The notes below the pieces were generated by a model. The model saw only the letters and a program-made list of their open reading frames with translations. It was not told where the DNA came from and did no database searches. This document shows positions 1 to 9,423 of a stretch of 64,000 nt of DNA, in pieces. The DNA is from an uncultured Candidatus Saccharibacteria bacterium (GTDB lineage: Bacteria; Patescibacteriota; Minisyncoccia; Phycocordibacterales; CAIZLB01), in the NCBI GenBank assembly GCA_964550955.1, contig CAZKAF010000001.1, positions 632,126 to 696,125 of the forward strand, read 5' to 3'. Numbering within the stretch: position 1 is the stretch's first letter; every line of letters begins with the position of its first letter. The translations under genes were made by a program, and so were the position numbers.

Positions 1-105
1 CCTGAGCGGACTTCTTGACGGCCGCGTATCTTTTCCTGGCTTCCCCGAGCGTCGTCGGATTCATTTTCCAATTCCCAACCAAAAGTACTTTTTTATTTTT
101 CTTCA
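1..105 (-). CDS. tpiA: triosephosphate isomerase, N-terminal fragment (runs off window)
   Basis: Reverse-strand translation from ATG at 103-105 gives MKKNKKVLLVGNWKMNPTTLGEARK..., and the VGNWKMN motif is diagnostic of the TIM N-terminus. Truncated by the window edge, so absent from the ORF track. Confidence 0.55.
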
Positions 106-147
106 TGGACTGAATTATATCAGCAAACTCGGAAATTCAAGCCTTTA

Positions 148-1962
148 CTATTGTGAAATTTCTTTCCAACTGTCGACGTTCCATGCTCCGGAAGGCCCGC
201 TTGAGAAATCGATGTCGGCCAAGCCGCTATCATACGTGACCGTTGATCCTCCGTTCATGTAAATTTCATGCGCGACTACCGCTTTGGCCGATGCACCGCC
301 GTCAAACGTCACCCTCCCGTATGGCGCGAGTATCAGGACTGTTCCCGCGGCTCCCGAAACCCGCACGGCCGAATTGGAAGTGCTTTTCGTGACGAGAATC
401 GCATAGCTGCCGGCCTGGCCGTTGCCGCCGAGGGCGCCGCTTGCGCCCAAATCGACAGTTCCCTGCACCACCACGGGCAATGATGCCCCTCCGACGGAGT
501 TATGAATCCGTATGAAGCCGGCACCAGAAAGAACCAGGTTCCCTCCGATATAGACCGGTCCGGATATGTAAAGCCGACCACCTGCGGATATGTTCACGTT
601 GCCGCTGACATATAGAGGCCCGTTCACGGCCAGCTGCGCGTCGCCGCTGATGGTCAAATCGCCGTTAATCCTGATTGAGCTCGTCGAAATGTTATTGCTG
701 CTGCTAAGGCTCCAGGAACTCGATCTTGTTTGGCCCGTCACGACGGAATCCTGCCAAGACTGTATGTTTCCGGCAGAAATAGGGAAAGACAAGGGTGAAG
801 GGCTCGACTGAGTCGTATCGCAAGGCTTGTTGTTGTTCGTCCCCGTCTGGCAGTATAAGTTGCCGGCAACCGTCGAGTCGGTGACGATGAAGGCTTTCGC
901 GTCGCCCGTGCCGCCCGATCCGACCGTCACGCCGCTGATGGAGCTGACATCGCCAGAAACGAGCTCGAACATCGCGTCATGCCCCGCATTGGGCGCCGTC
1001 CAAGTGCCGCTGCTGAGCTGGCCTGTATAAAATTTTGCATTGGCGTCGCCCGCAAGCATGGGCGAGTTGTTCGTGACCCCCGTCTGATAATATGCCCATG
1101 CCGCCGATGAGGAAACGTCGAAGACGATCCAGTACACGGTTCCGGGCACGAGCGTTACCGGCGAATTGAAATATGACCCGAGCCAGCTAAAGTTGTCCGT
1201 TATCTGGCCGGCGCTGAAAACCGTCGATGCGAGCACGGTATTGCCCGGCTTGCCGTTCGAGTTGTTTCGAATAGAAACCGTCACGTTTGCCGGCCAGCCG
1301 ACTTTCTTCACGTACAATCGAAGAAGGACCTGAGGAGACGAGGTCGAGGCCGTGAATGACTGCGCGAAGTCTTGCGTCGCGTTCGTCTCGCCGACCGAAA
1401 CAGTTATAGGATTCGCCGAGGTGTTTCCCACCGTCACTTCCGACTGAGCCGAGGCCGAAGCGACCGCGGTGCCAGTGATGGCAGGCCCGCCCGATCCGAC
1501 GATGTTGCCGTTCGAATACACGTTTCCGACAACCCGCGCGCCGCCGCTCATGTTCAGGCCGCCGTTTCCGACTTGGATGCCGTAGTTGATGGAAATGCCG
1601 TCGCCCTGCGAGAAGATGCTTTTAGAAACCCGGGAGAAGAAGCCGGAGATGCCCGTCGAGATGACCTGCTTGGCGCCATTGATGTCAGTGACCAGCGCCG
1701 TAGAAGTGCCGCTTGCAAAGCCCAGAATGAGAGTTGCGGGCAAGGTTCTTCCCTTGTTCAATCTGTATAGCGCCTCCTCGTTCAGGGTGTCCGAAGAGAT
1801 GAATCCCTGCTTTGACTGAACGAAGTCGGCCGCGTTTCGAATCTGATACGCGACCGGAGAAGCCATTCCGACGAGCACTATTACCGAGATAACGAGAAAG
1901 AAGATGACCGCGAGCATGATGGCCGCGCCCGACTGAGTGTTTGTCTTGTTTTTTTGATGCAT
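148..1962 (-). CDS. large pilin-like/pilus-associated surface protein (N-terminal TM anchor, G/S/T/N-rich beta-rich body)
   Basis: 604 aa with an N-terminal hydrophobic helix (AIMLAVIFFLVISVIVLVGMA) but no canonical G|FTLxE prepilin cleavage site. Remainder is Gly/Ser/Thr/Asn-rich repeats typical of beta-helical adhesins. Sits at the distal end of a pilin-PilC-PilB operon. Confidence 0.4.
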   Translation of the reverse strand: MHQKNKTNTQSGAAIMLAVIFFLVISVIVLVGMASPVAYQIRNAADFVQSKQGFISSDTLNEEALYRLNKGRTLPATLILGFASGTSTALVTDINGAKQVISTGISGFFSRVSKSIFSQGDGISINYGIQVGNGGLNMSGGARVVGNVYSNGNIVGSGGPAITGTAVASASAQSEVTVGNTSANPITVSVGETNATQDFAQSFTASTSSPQVLLRLYVKKVGWPANVTVSIRNNSNGKPGNTVLASTVFSAGQITDNFSWLGSYFNSPVTLVPGTVYWIVFDVSSSAAWAYYQTGVTNNSPMLAGDANAKFYTGQLSSGTWTAPNAGHDAMFELVSGDVSSISGVTVGSGGTGDAKAFIVTDSTVAGNLYCQTGTNNNKPCDTTQSSPSPLSFPISAGNIQSWQDSVVTGQTRSSSWSLSSSNNISTSSIRINGDLTISGDAQLAVNGPLYVSGNVNISAGGRLYISGPVYIGGNLVLSGAGFIRIHNSVGGASLPVVVQGTVDLGASGALGGNGQAGSYAILVTKSTSNSAVRVSGAAGTVLILAPYGRVTFDGGASAKAVVAHEIYMNGGSTVTYDSGLADIDFSSGPSGAWNVDSWKEISQ

Positions 1963-1971
1963 GTTTTTATG

Positions 1972-2514
1972 TTAGTACGATCCCCTGAGTACCGAAGTCG
2001 TATAAAACTTTTCATTGACATTATACAAGCTCGTGCTTGCGCTTGAAAGGTTGAGCTCGATCTTGACCGCGGAAGAAGTCGTCGTCGAGAAGGACCTGAA
2101 TACCAGCGACGTCACGGAAACATCCGACGAAGTAATCGGCCCGAGATTCACGCCGTTCTCCTGAAGCATCAGCCTGCCGCCCTGGACATGGAATCTGAGA
2201 TTCAGAGGATTGCCCGCGCCGTCGGTCGTGATCAGCGCCAGCGAGCCGGGACTATTGTTAAATGTCGTCTGCGACGCCTCAATCGCAGTGGCGTTCCTTA
2301 TTTCGCGCGTCATTCTGTCTATGGCCTGAATGGCTGACGATTCGACGGAACGAACGGAGCGCACGCTCCTGTAGGAAGAAGAGAGCAGCACCACGGCCTG
2401 AACGATGCCCGCGAACAGGACGACCAGAAGCGCCATATAAACCATCGACTCAACCAGCGTGAATCCCCTTGCGAATCTTTTTTTAGCGTGCGGAGCCTGG
2501 TAAAAAGCATTCAT
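1972..2514 (-). CDS. type IV prepilin-like protein (pseudopilin/minor pilin)
   Basis: N-terminus MNAFYQAPHAKKRFARG|FTLVESMVYMALLVVLFAGIV matches the class III signal peptide (G-F-T-L-x-E plus a hydrophobic helix). Confidence 0.7.
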   Translation of the reverse strand: MNAFYQAPHAKKRFARGFTLVESMVYMALLVVLFAGIVQAVVLLSSSYRSVRSVRSVESSAIQAIDRMTREIRNATAIEASQTTFNNSPGSLALITTDGAGNPLNLRFHVQGGRLMLQENGVNLGPITSSDVSVTSLVFRSFSTTTSSAVKIELNLSSASTSLYNVNEKFYTTSVLRGSY

Positions 2515-2519
2515 ATGGC

Positions 2520-3068
2520 TTAATTATTAAACGTATTATAAATATAAAGCTCGACCTTCTGGGTCGTAGTGGCGCCCTTGCTGTTCCATGCAACATTCAC
2601 CGTGGCTTTTTTGGTGCCCGGATCCATGACGCCGCCTGAGGCGACGATGTTATACGATGTCGAGTCTCGGTAAACTGAAGATAAGGTAAAATATCTGTCG
2701 AACCTTGAATCGATGAGCGCGGAAGACGTCGTGGCCCTCCACTGATTATTGTTCCATGCAAGGCGATACTGAACGCCGTCGCCAAGCGAAGCGATCTGGC
2801 TTGTCCACCCCGAATCCCTCATCAAGCGAAGCGCTTCCGCCCCTTCCTCAAGAAGCATCGCCGCCTGAACTCTCGGGGTATTGTTCAGGGAAAGCGAGGT
2901 CAGTCCGCCATACGCGCCGATGATGCTCACGACGGAAGTCATGATGATCGCGGAGGCAATCAGGACTTCGACCAAGGACATCCCTCTGCGTTCCCTGGTC
3001 CGGAAACGCGCGGCGCATGCGTATTTTTTTATGAAATTTTTTTTGAACATTTTAGCGTATTTCAGCAT
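2520..3068 (-). CDS. type IV prepilin-like protein
   Basis: N-terminal ...RERRG|MSLVEVLIASAIIMTSVV is a prepilin-type leader with Glu at +5 and a hydrophobic helix. Leader is long, so the true start may be an internal Met. Confidence 0.6.
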   Translation of the reverse strand: MLKYAKMFKKNFIKKYACAARFRTRERRGMSLVEVLIASAIIMTSVVSIIGAYGGLTSLSLNNTPRVQAAMLLEEGAEALRLMRDSGWTSQIASLGDGVQYRLAWNNNQWRATTSSALIDSRFDRYFTLSSVYRDSTSYNIVASGGVMDPGTKKATVNVAWNSKGATTTQKVELYIYNTFNN

Positions 3069-3105
3069 CCGCGTTTTCTAACCAGCCCGGCCAAAGCTCG
3101 CGACG

Positions 3106-3585
3106 CTACTGAACTTCGATCAGGCCGCTTCCGTATATGATAACAGTTTTTGCCATGTCTGGCTTCGCCTTTAATCTCAGCCGGACAGTTCCGGTCGCGT
3201 TCGGCTTGCCGTTCAGCTGCTCGAACAATATCCGGTTCGCATTGCCGGTGAGAGACAGGCCCTGAATCTCGACTTTTGCCGACAAGGGATACACGATGTT
3301 CGACGGCGCGCCCGGAGCATATGTCGCGCCCTCATAGATAGTGAGGGAAGTGCTGGCGTAATGAATGCCGAACTGATTTCCATTTTTTGCGTTCACGGTC
3401 TGATTGCGCGCCTTCTGCGTATACGCGATCAGGACGTCCGTCTCCTTGTCGAGAGACTGCAGGTCCGAGAATCCCGAGAACGTCGTGTATGTCAGGCCGA
3501 ACAGGATGGCTGAGAGGCCGATGACCACGAGCAGTTCGACAACCCCGAAACCTGAGCGCAAGTTTCCCTTAAGCTTAAGATGCAT
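3106..3585 (-). CDS. type IV prepilin-like protein
   Basis: MHLKLKGNLRSG|FGVVELLVVIGLSAILFGLTY is a G|F-x-x-x-E prepilin motif. The ORF-track start at 3657 adds 24 aa that are probably not translated, so the start is trimmed to the internal Met. Confidence 0.55.
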   Translation of the reverse strand: MHLKLKGNLRSGFGVVELLVVIGLSAILFGLTYTTFSGFSDLQSLDKETDVLIAYTQKARNQTVNAKNGNQFGIHYASTSLTIYEGATYAPGAPSNIVYPLSAKVEIQGLSLTGNANRILFEQLNGKPNATGTVRLRLKAKPDMAKTVIIYGSGLIEVQ

Positions 3586-3649
3586 ATTGCTTCTTGCCGG
3601 CAATTCCCCGAACGATTCGCGATGGTCATCAAGAAGACGCATGCCGTTA

Positions 3650-4864
3650 TTATACATTATTCATTATCGAATAAATCGGCTTGATCATCGAGATGGCGAA
3701 GAATCCGACGGCTGAACCGATAAACACCATGAGCACCGGCTCGATGATGGTCGAAAGGTCTTTCGTCTTCTGCTCGACCTCGTTTTCATAGAAATTCGCG
3801 ACGCCGGCGAGCATCGGCGCCATTCGCCCGGTTTCCTCGCCCACGCTCATCATTTCGCCCACGAATATCGGAAACAGCTTCTGCTCCTCGACAAAGATAG
3901 TCGAGAGCGGCTCGCCTTTTTCGACCACCTTTTCGCTTCTGGCCAGGACATCCTTGTACCATGAGTTCTGAAGCACTTCGCCCGTAATGCGGACGGCGAG
4001 CACCAGGTCAACGCCGGAAGACAGAAGCGACGAGAGAGTTCGGGAAACTTGGGCAGCATTGCCCTCCTTTACGATCGTTCCGATCACCGGAATTCTCACG
4101 ATTATGAAATCGACGGCTTTCTTTCCCAACCGAGTCTTGAGTATGTAAACGAACGCGATGACGAAGCCGACGAGCATGAAGAATGCAAGGACATAATTGT
4201 TCGTCACGAAATTGCTGACGGATATGACGGCCTGGGTTGAAGCAGGAAGAGGCACTTTCAAATCTTCGAACGTCTTGGTAAGGCCCGGGACGACGAATAT
4301 CATCATGAGAATCGCGATGATGATCATTACGCCGATGATTACCGACGGATACATCATCGCGCCCTTTATTTTCTTCTTAAGCAGATACGTCTTTTCCATC
4401 TGCACCGCCACTTGCCGCAAAGTCTCGGCCAGGCTTCCTCCCTCCTCCCCCACTTTCGCCATGGCGACGAACAGCTTCGAGAACGTCTTTGGATGCATCT
4501 CCAGCGCTTCATGGAAGCTCTTTCCGGCAGAAATGGCCTCATTTATGCTGACGTACGTTTTCTTGAGCTTGGGATTCGTGGCCTGCCGCTCCATCACGCT
4601 GATGGCCCGCGAAAGCGCCAATCCGGCTTCGAGCATATTTCCGAGATTCCGAGCGAACGTGATCTTGTCCATAGTCTTCACTTTCTCCAGGAACGTGAAT
4701 TTTACGTTCAGGGACTTCAGCCCTCCGCTTTTTATTTCGCGGACGCTGACAAGAGACTCGCCTGTTTTCTTTACTTGCGCGTAAAAATCGCTCTTGCTCT
4801 GCGCTTCAAGAACTGAGGTGCGCTTCTGGCCCTCGCTGTTTATGGATGTGTATGAAAATTTCAT
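3650..4864 (-). CDS. pilC: type IV pilus assembly platform protein PilC (GspF family)
   Basis: 404 aa with two T2SS-F-like repeats and three TM segments. Located immediately downstream of PilB in the same orientation. Confidence 0.85.
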   Translation of the reverse strand: MKFSYTSINSEGQKRTSVLEAQSKSDFYAQVKKTGESLVSVREIKSGGLKSLNVKFTFLEKVKTMDKITFARNLGNMLEAGLALSRAISVMERQATNPKLKKTYVSINEAISAGKSFHEALEMHPKTFSKLFVAMAKVGEEGGSLAETLRQVAVQMEKTYLLKKKIKGAMMYPSVIIGVMIIIAILMMIFVVPGLTKTFEDLKVPLPASTQAVISVSNFVTNNYVLAFFMLVGFVIAFVYILKTRLGKKAVDFIIVRIPVIGTIVKEGNAAQVSRTLSSLLSSGVDLVLAVRITGEVLQNSWYKDVLARSEKVVEKGEPLSTIFVEEQKLFPIFVGEMMSVGEETGRMAPMLAGVANFYENEVEQKTKDLSTIIEPVLMVFIGSAVGFFAISMIKPIYSIMNNV

Positions 4865-4943
4865 GCCTTCTTTGATGCCTGATCCCTATGCCCAATTATT
4901 ATCGCCGTGCCGTGACCGTCTTGATGATTTCGCGGAACCGCGG

Positions 4944-6728
4944 TTACTCCGAAACCACCCGAAGAATTTCCTCGATCGAAGTGTGGCCTTGCACCGCTTT
5001 CAGGATTCCGTCTTCTATCATGGTCATCATGCCCTCCGCGCGCGCCTGAGCCTCGATAGCGTCGCTCGTCGCGTCCTTCATGATCAGATCCTTGATTGCG
5101 GGCGAAAACTTGAGCACCTCGTGAATGCCGACTCGGCCATGATATCCGTCCTCGCTTTCGCCGTCAGCTTTCGGCTTGAAAAAGTTGATAGTGGTCCAAT
5201 CGTCTTTCGGGCCGACGATGTTCTCTTTCCTGAGAACGGCGAGCACCTTGTCCATGTCGATTTTTTTGCTGATGGAAGCGAGCTCTTCCTTGGTCAGCAC
5301 GTACTTCTCCTTCGCGTCTCCGAGCTTTCGCACGAGCCGCTGAGCGATGACCACCTTCAAGGTGGATACGAGAAGAAACGGCTCGCATTTCATGTCGATA
5401 AGCCGGGGAATCGCGCCTGCAGCCGAGTTGGTGTGAAGCGTCGAGAGCACGAGGTGACCGGTAAGCGCCGCGTTGATTGCGAGAGAAGCCGTTTCATTGT
5501 CTCGGATTTCTCCCACCATGATGATGTCCGGGTCCTGTCGAAGAAGCGAGCGAAGTCCTGACGCGAACGTGAATCCGATTTCCGCCTTGACCTGCGTCTG
5601 GTTCACGCGCTTCATCTGATATTCGACCGGATCCTCCACCGTCGAAATGTTCACGTCCGGCGTATTCACGATATCCAAAAGCGTATACAAAGTCGTCGTC
5701 TTTCCTGAACCGGTCGGTCCGGTCGTGAGAATCAAGCCTTCGGACATGTTCGTAGCCTCGTGAAGAATTTCCAGGCTGTCGCCGTGAAAGCCGAGCTTTT
5801 CCAGCGTGAACCCTGAAACCGTTTCTCGAAGGAGTCGCATTACGATCTTTTCTCCGAAGTACGTAGGAAGGATTGAAACTCGAAATGAGATCTTTTCTCC
5901 GTTCAGCTCGATTCTGAACCTGCCGTCCTGAGGCAGTCGCTTTTCATCGAGCTTGAGGCTTGAAAGCACCTTGATGCGGGCGATGATGCTTGATCCGGCA
6001 ACTTTCGGAAGAATCATGGCGTCGTGCAAGATGCCGTCGATGCGATACCGAACGACAACCTCGAATTCCATCTGCTCGATGTGAATGTCCGACGCGTCCT
6101 GAAGCACCGCATGCTTCAGGAGGGTGTCCACGATGCGGATGACGGGCAAATCTTCAGCGAGCTTTTTCAAGTCATCGCCGGACGCGTCATTCGAAGGGTC
6201 CTCGCCCGCGACCTTGAGGATAGCGGCTTCCTGCTGAATGATGTCGCCGAAATCCGCTTTCAGGCTTTTCTGGTATTGAACCAGAACCGATTTCATGGAT
6301 TCAGTATTCGTAAGCCTCGGAAGAATCCTGAGGCCGGTCTTTTTCTTGATGAAGTCGATGGCGCCGAGATCATCCGTGTCGAGCATGGCAACTTCCAGGC
6401 TCCCCTCTTTTTCTCCGCTGCCGCCCGAATTTTTCTTGAAGGCGACGATGTTATGGTTTCTGGCGATAGGCTCGGGAATGAGCGACAGGACTTCGAATTC
6501 AAGCTTCTGGTTCTTGAGATCGACAAACGGAATGCCGAGCATGTGCGCCTGCATCCTTCGATAATCATCCTCCGAAATTTTTCCCTGGGAGACGAGAACT
6601 TCTCCGAGATCCTGCTTCTTGTCGCCGCCCGTCGCCTCGGAGGTCTTTTCGGCGGCTAAAATATCTTTTGACGAAACGAGGCCGGACTCAAGGATATACT
6701 TCTTCAATTGTGATGATTCGATGTACAT
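4944..6728 (-). CDS. pilB: type IV pilus assembly ATPase PilB (GspE family)
   Basis: 594 aa. N-terminal GspII_E_N-like domain, Walker A LILTTGPTGSGKTTTLYT, Asp box, Walker B, His box (VLSTLHTN) and the tetracysteine-less CPR-like C-terminus. Confidence 0.9.
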   Translation of the reverse strand: MYIESSQLKKYILESGLVSSKDILAAEKTSEATGGDKKQDLGEVLVSQGKISEDDYRRMQAHMLGIPFVDLKNQKLEFEVLSLIPEPIARNHNIVAFKKNSGGSGEKEGSLEVAMLDTDDLGAIDFIKKKTGLRILPRLTNTESMKSVLVQYQKSLKADFGDIIQQEAAILKVAGEDPSNDASGDDLKKLAEDLPVIRIVDTLLKHAVLQDASDIHIEQMEFEVVVRYRIDGILHDAMILPKVAGSSIIARIKVLSSLKLDEKRLPQDGRFRIELNGEKISFRVSILPTYFGEKIVMRLLRETVSGFTLEKLGFHGDSLEILHEATNMSEGLILTTGPTGSGKTTTLYTLLDIVNTPDVNISTVEDPVEYQMKRVNQTQVKAEIGFTFASGLRSLLRQDPDIIMVGEIRDNETASLAINAALTGHLVLSTLHTNSAAGAIPRLIDMKCEPFLLVSTLKVVIAQRLVRKLGDAKEKYVLTKEELASISKKIDMDKVLAVLRKENIVGPKDDWTTINFFKPKADGESEDGYHGRVGIHEVLKFSPAIKDLIMKDATSDAIEAQARAEGMMTMIEDGILKAVQGHTSIEEILRVVSE

Positions 6729-6884
6729 GGATATAGATTGAGCTTCCGAAATGAATGCCTCTCAGGGCATCTTATTCACTCAAGTATATCACGAACTTTT
6801 TTTATAAAAGAAAAGCACGCTGTGCAAAACATCACGGAAAATCTGCTTTGCATCCCGCATGGGCAGCAAAGCAGATTGCCCTGA

Positions 6885-7265
6885 CTATTCGATATCCTGC
6901 CTTTCCAATTTTGCATGCGCTTCGCCGCGGGAAATCGGCTTGCCCATGACAATCAGCCTGATGATTGCCCAAGCCAGAACCCAGTAGACGAGCATCGCGA
7001 GCAGCGTGCTCCACTCGAAGACGCTTCCCGCAACTTCGGGAGTAGGAAGGACGAATCGGAAAGGTTCCATAAACACGCCGCTGACGTTGTTTATGAATCG
7101 CGTAAAGCCCGCGCCGGCATTTGCGCCCACGAGCTTGAGCAGGAATCTGAACGCAAGGAACGTTTCAATCGCATAAAATATATACCAGACGATTTGCGTG
7201 CTTCTGTATAGGGGCTTGGTCGCAGACGAAGCCCCCGAAGATGAATTGTTGTAAAGCGAGTTCAT
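6885..7265 (-). CDS. YggT-family small membrane protein
   Basis: 126 aa with two TM helices and YGGT-like motifs (FRFLLKLVG..., FRFVLP...). N-terminal Ser-rich extension. Confidence 0.45.
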   Translation of the reverse strand: MNSLYNNSSSGASSATKPLYRSTQIVWYIFYAIETFLAFRFLLKLVGANAGAGFTRFINNVSGVFMEPFRFVLPTPEVAGSVFEWSTLLAMLVYWVLAWAIIRLIVMGKPISRGEAHAKLERQDIE

Positions 7266-7418
7266 GTTTTTATTTAATTAACCTGGTAATTACTATATAA
7301 GACGTCTTGGCGCGAGGCGCCTTACCTTGATATTCCGCAGATTCATGTCGCAAGCGGCAATAAAAAAACCCGCAACCGTTAGGTGCGGGGAGGCGCTTGG
7401 CCTCTGGTTCTCGAAGGC

Positions 7419-7661
7419 TTAGAACTTTTTGATTTGGAGGGGTTTCCCTCCGGGAACCTGATGCGTGTAAGCCATCGGGTTCACGTAGTGGTACCAGGCC
7501 AGGAAGGCCAGATACAACATTCCGATCAGTCCCGCGACAAAAGTTACGGGGTGAATTCGGAACTCGGCAGCGATCCACATGCACATCGCTGATACCAGAA
7601 AACCTGTGAGGGCATCCTGGCGACGAAGGCATTTCGCCTTCTCTTGAACGTTTTTAGCCAT
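7419..7661 (-). CDS. small membrane protein (2 TM), hypothetical
   Basis: 80-aa ORF with two clear hydrophobic helices. The overlapping 120-aa ORF 7270-7632 reads as Arg/Pro-rich nonsense. Confidence 0.3.
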   Translation of the reverse strand: MAKNVQEKAKCLRRQDALTGFLVSAMCMWIAAEFRIHPVTFVAGLIGMLYLAFLAWYHYVNPMAYTHQVPGGKPLQIKKF

Positions 7662-7905
7662 AATTTTTTCATGGACCCCGTCAACTGACGAGGGTTTTGT
7701 TTATTTGACTGACTCTGACCGCCGCAACGAGCTTTAACGGGCCCGTTCCGGTTAACAAATGGTCCACTTGGACCATCAAACCTGGCATTCAGCCTAGGAT
7801 GTATTAATTATCTCATGTACTGTATTTATGTCAATAGCGTACCCATAAGAATGGCTATATACAAGGGTATTTAATGCAAATAAGTACCGAATAAGCCTCA
7901 GACAA

Positions 7906-7933
7906 TTGACTTTTACCCCTCTCTATATATAAT
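7906..7933 (+). promoter_or_regulatory. near-consensus sigma70-type promoter (TTGACT-16 nt-TATAAT) upstream of nusA
   Basis: TTGACT at 7906-7911 and TATAAT at 7928-7933 with a 16-nt spacer. Confidence 0.4.
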
Positions 7934-7950
7934 GTACGCATCAGAAACAG

Positions 7951-7978
7951 CGCGCCCAAAAGGCGGGCTCGTTTTTTT
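7951..7978 (+). terminator. intrinsic terminator-like hairpin plus T7 tract in the nusA leader
   Basis: cgcgccc-aaaaggc-gggctcg stem (7 bp, one mismatch) followed by TTTTTTT. Lies about 20 nt downstream of the promoter and 120 nt upstream of the nusA ATG, with no plus-strand CDS upstream. Confidence 0.45.
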
Positions 7979-8098
7979 GAGAACAACAGGACGGCGCTTA
8001 TTTTAAGCCATAATTTCAGCCAGACCCTTGAAAGGGCCGCGAAAAACTGAAAGAGGCCAAATCGGCAAAACTACCAATACAATTAAATACAAAACAAC

Positions 8099-9370
8099 AT
8101 GTTTGACCTTAAAGTAATACATTCAGTACTAGACCAGCTCGAAGAGGAACGAGGAATTCCCCGAGAACGCATCATTGAAGCCATAGAAATGGCTCTTGCT
8201 ACGGCATATAAAAAAGAATTTGGACGAAAAGACCAGTTTATACGGGCTCATTTTGATATTGCGAGCGGAAAGACTGAATTTTTCCAGGTCAAAACAGTTG
8301 TAGACCCGGAACAGATTGTTGAGACAAAAGAAGAGCTTCCTGAAGAACCGGCTCCGGGAGAGGAGAAGATTCTTTTCAACGAAGAGCGGCACATGCTTAT
8401 CAATAACGCCCGGATGATCAAGAAGGACGTTAAAGTCGGCGACGAGATAGTGTTCGATCTGGAGTACAAGGACGATTTCGGACGAATCGCGGCGCAGACC
8501 GCAAAGCAGGTCATCATCCAGAAAATTCGAGAGGCTGAAAAAACTTCCGTTCTGGCTGAATACGGAAAGAAAGAGGGCGAGATCATCTCGGGCACTGTCC
8601 AGCGAATCGAGCGAGGAAATGTCTTCATTGACATGGGACGAGCTGTCGGAATGCTTCCCTACGAAGAGCAGATTCCCGGCGAGCACTACAAGCAGGGCGA
8701 ACGGCTTCGAATGCTGCTCCTCCGAGTCGAAGAAACCCCTCGAGGCATCTTTGTTCGACTTTCGCGGTCCCATCCAAAATTCCTTGCCGAGCTTTTCAAG
8801 GTAGAAGTTCCAGAAATCATCGCCGGTACTGTTGAAATCAAATCCATAGCGCGAGAAGCGGGCCAGAGAGCCAAAGTTGCCGTTCATTCAACCGATGAGC
8901 ATATTGATCCAATCGGCTCAATGGTCGGGCAAAGAGGCGTGCGAGTAATGACGGTCATGAGCGAGCTCGGGAACAACGAGAAAATTGACATCATCGAATG
9001 GAGCGAAGATCCTGTTCAGTACATCGAGGACTCGCTTTCTCCGGCAAAAGTCGTGAACGTGACTCTTGACGAGGAGAACAAGACGGCTCGGGTGACAGTT
9101 ACGGACGATCAGCAATCGCTGGCGATCGGCAAAGGCGGACAGAACGTGCGGCTCGCGGCAAAGCTTACCGGCTGGAGAATCGACATCCAGTCCACAGGCA
9201 AGCCGATAGACGAATCCGAAGGCGTCGAAGCTGAAACAATGGCCGGCATAACTGAGCCGACTATCGCTGACGCGGTTGAAGTTACGGAGGAAGCTGCCGA
9301 TAACGAGGCGGCTGAAATCGCGAACGAGGCTGCGGCTGAAGAAACAGCAAGCGAAGAAGCGGTAAAATAA
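8099..9370 (+). CDS. nusA: transcription termination/antitermination factor NusA
   Basis: 423 aa. Canonical NusA N-terminal domain (MFDLKVIHSVLDQLEEERGIPRERIIEAIEMALATAYKK), S1 and KH domains, and an acidic C-terminal tail. Confidence 0.9.
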   Translation: MFDLKVIHSVLDQLEEERGIPRERIIEAIEMALATAYKKEFGRKDQFIRAHFDIASGKTEFFQVKTVVDPEQIVETKEELPEEPAPGEEKILFNEERHMLINNARMIKKDVKVGDEIVFDLEYKDDFGRIAAQTAKQVIIQKIREAEKTSVLAEYGKKEGEIISGTVQRIERGNVFIDMGRAVGMLPYEEQIPGEHYKQGERLRMLLLRVEETPRGIFVRLSRSHPKFLAELFKVEVPEIIAGTVEIKSIAREAGQRAKVAVHSTDEHIDPIGSMVGQRGVRVMTVMSELGNNEKIDIIEWSEDPVQYIEDSLSPAKVVNVTLDEENKTARVTVTDDQQSLAIGKGGQNVRLAAKLTGWRIDIQSTGKPIDESEGVEAETMAGITEPTIADAVEVTEEAADNEAAEIANEAAAEETASEEAVK

Positions 9371-9423
9371 TTCTCAAGAAAATCTTAAATCAGAGCTACT
9401 TATTAAATTAACTTAAATAAAAT

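Noticed and set aside
4794-5561. 255-aa plus-strand ORF antisense to pilB
   Set aside because: Overlaps conserved PilB coding sequence and has no features.
7270-7632. 120-aa minus-strand ORF
   Set aside because: It overlaps the more plausible 2-TM ORF 7419-7661 in another frame, and its translation is Arg/Pro/Gly-rich without structure.
7662-8098. Possible RNase P RNA, tmRNA or SRP RNA in the 437-bp non-coding stretch upstream of nusA
   Set aside because: No GGAAAGUCCGG (P4), tmRNA tag or tRNA-like end, or SRP domain IV motifs were found. The region is better explained as promoter plus attenuator leader. A small unknown ncRNA cannot be excluded without covariance-model scans.
8129-8887. 252-aa minus-strand ORF antisense to nusA
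   Set aside because: Spurious shadow ORF within a highly conserved gene.
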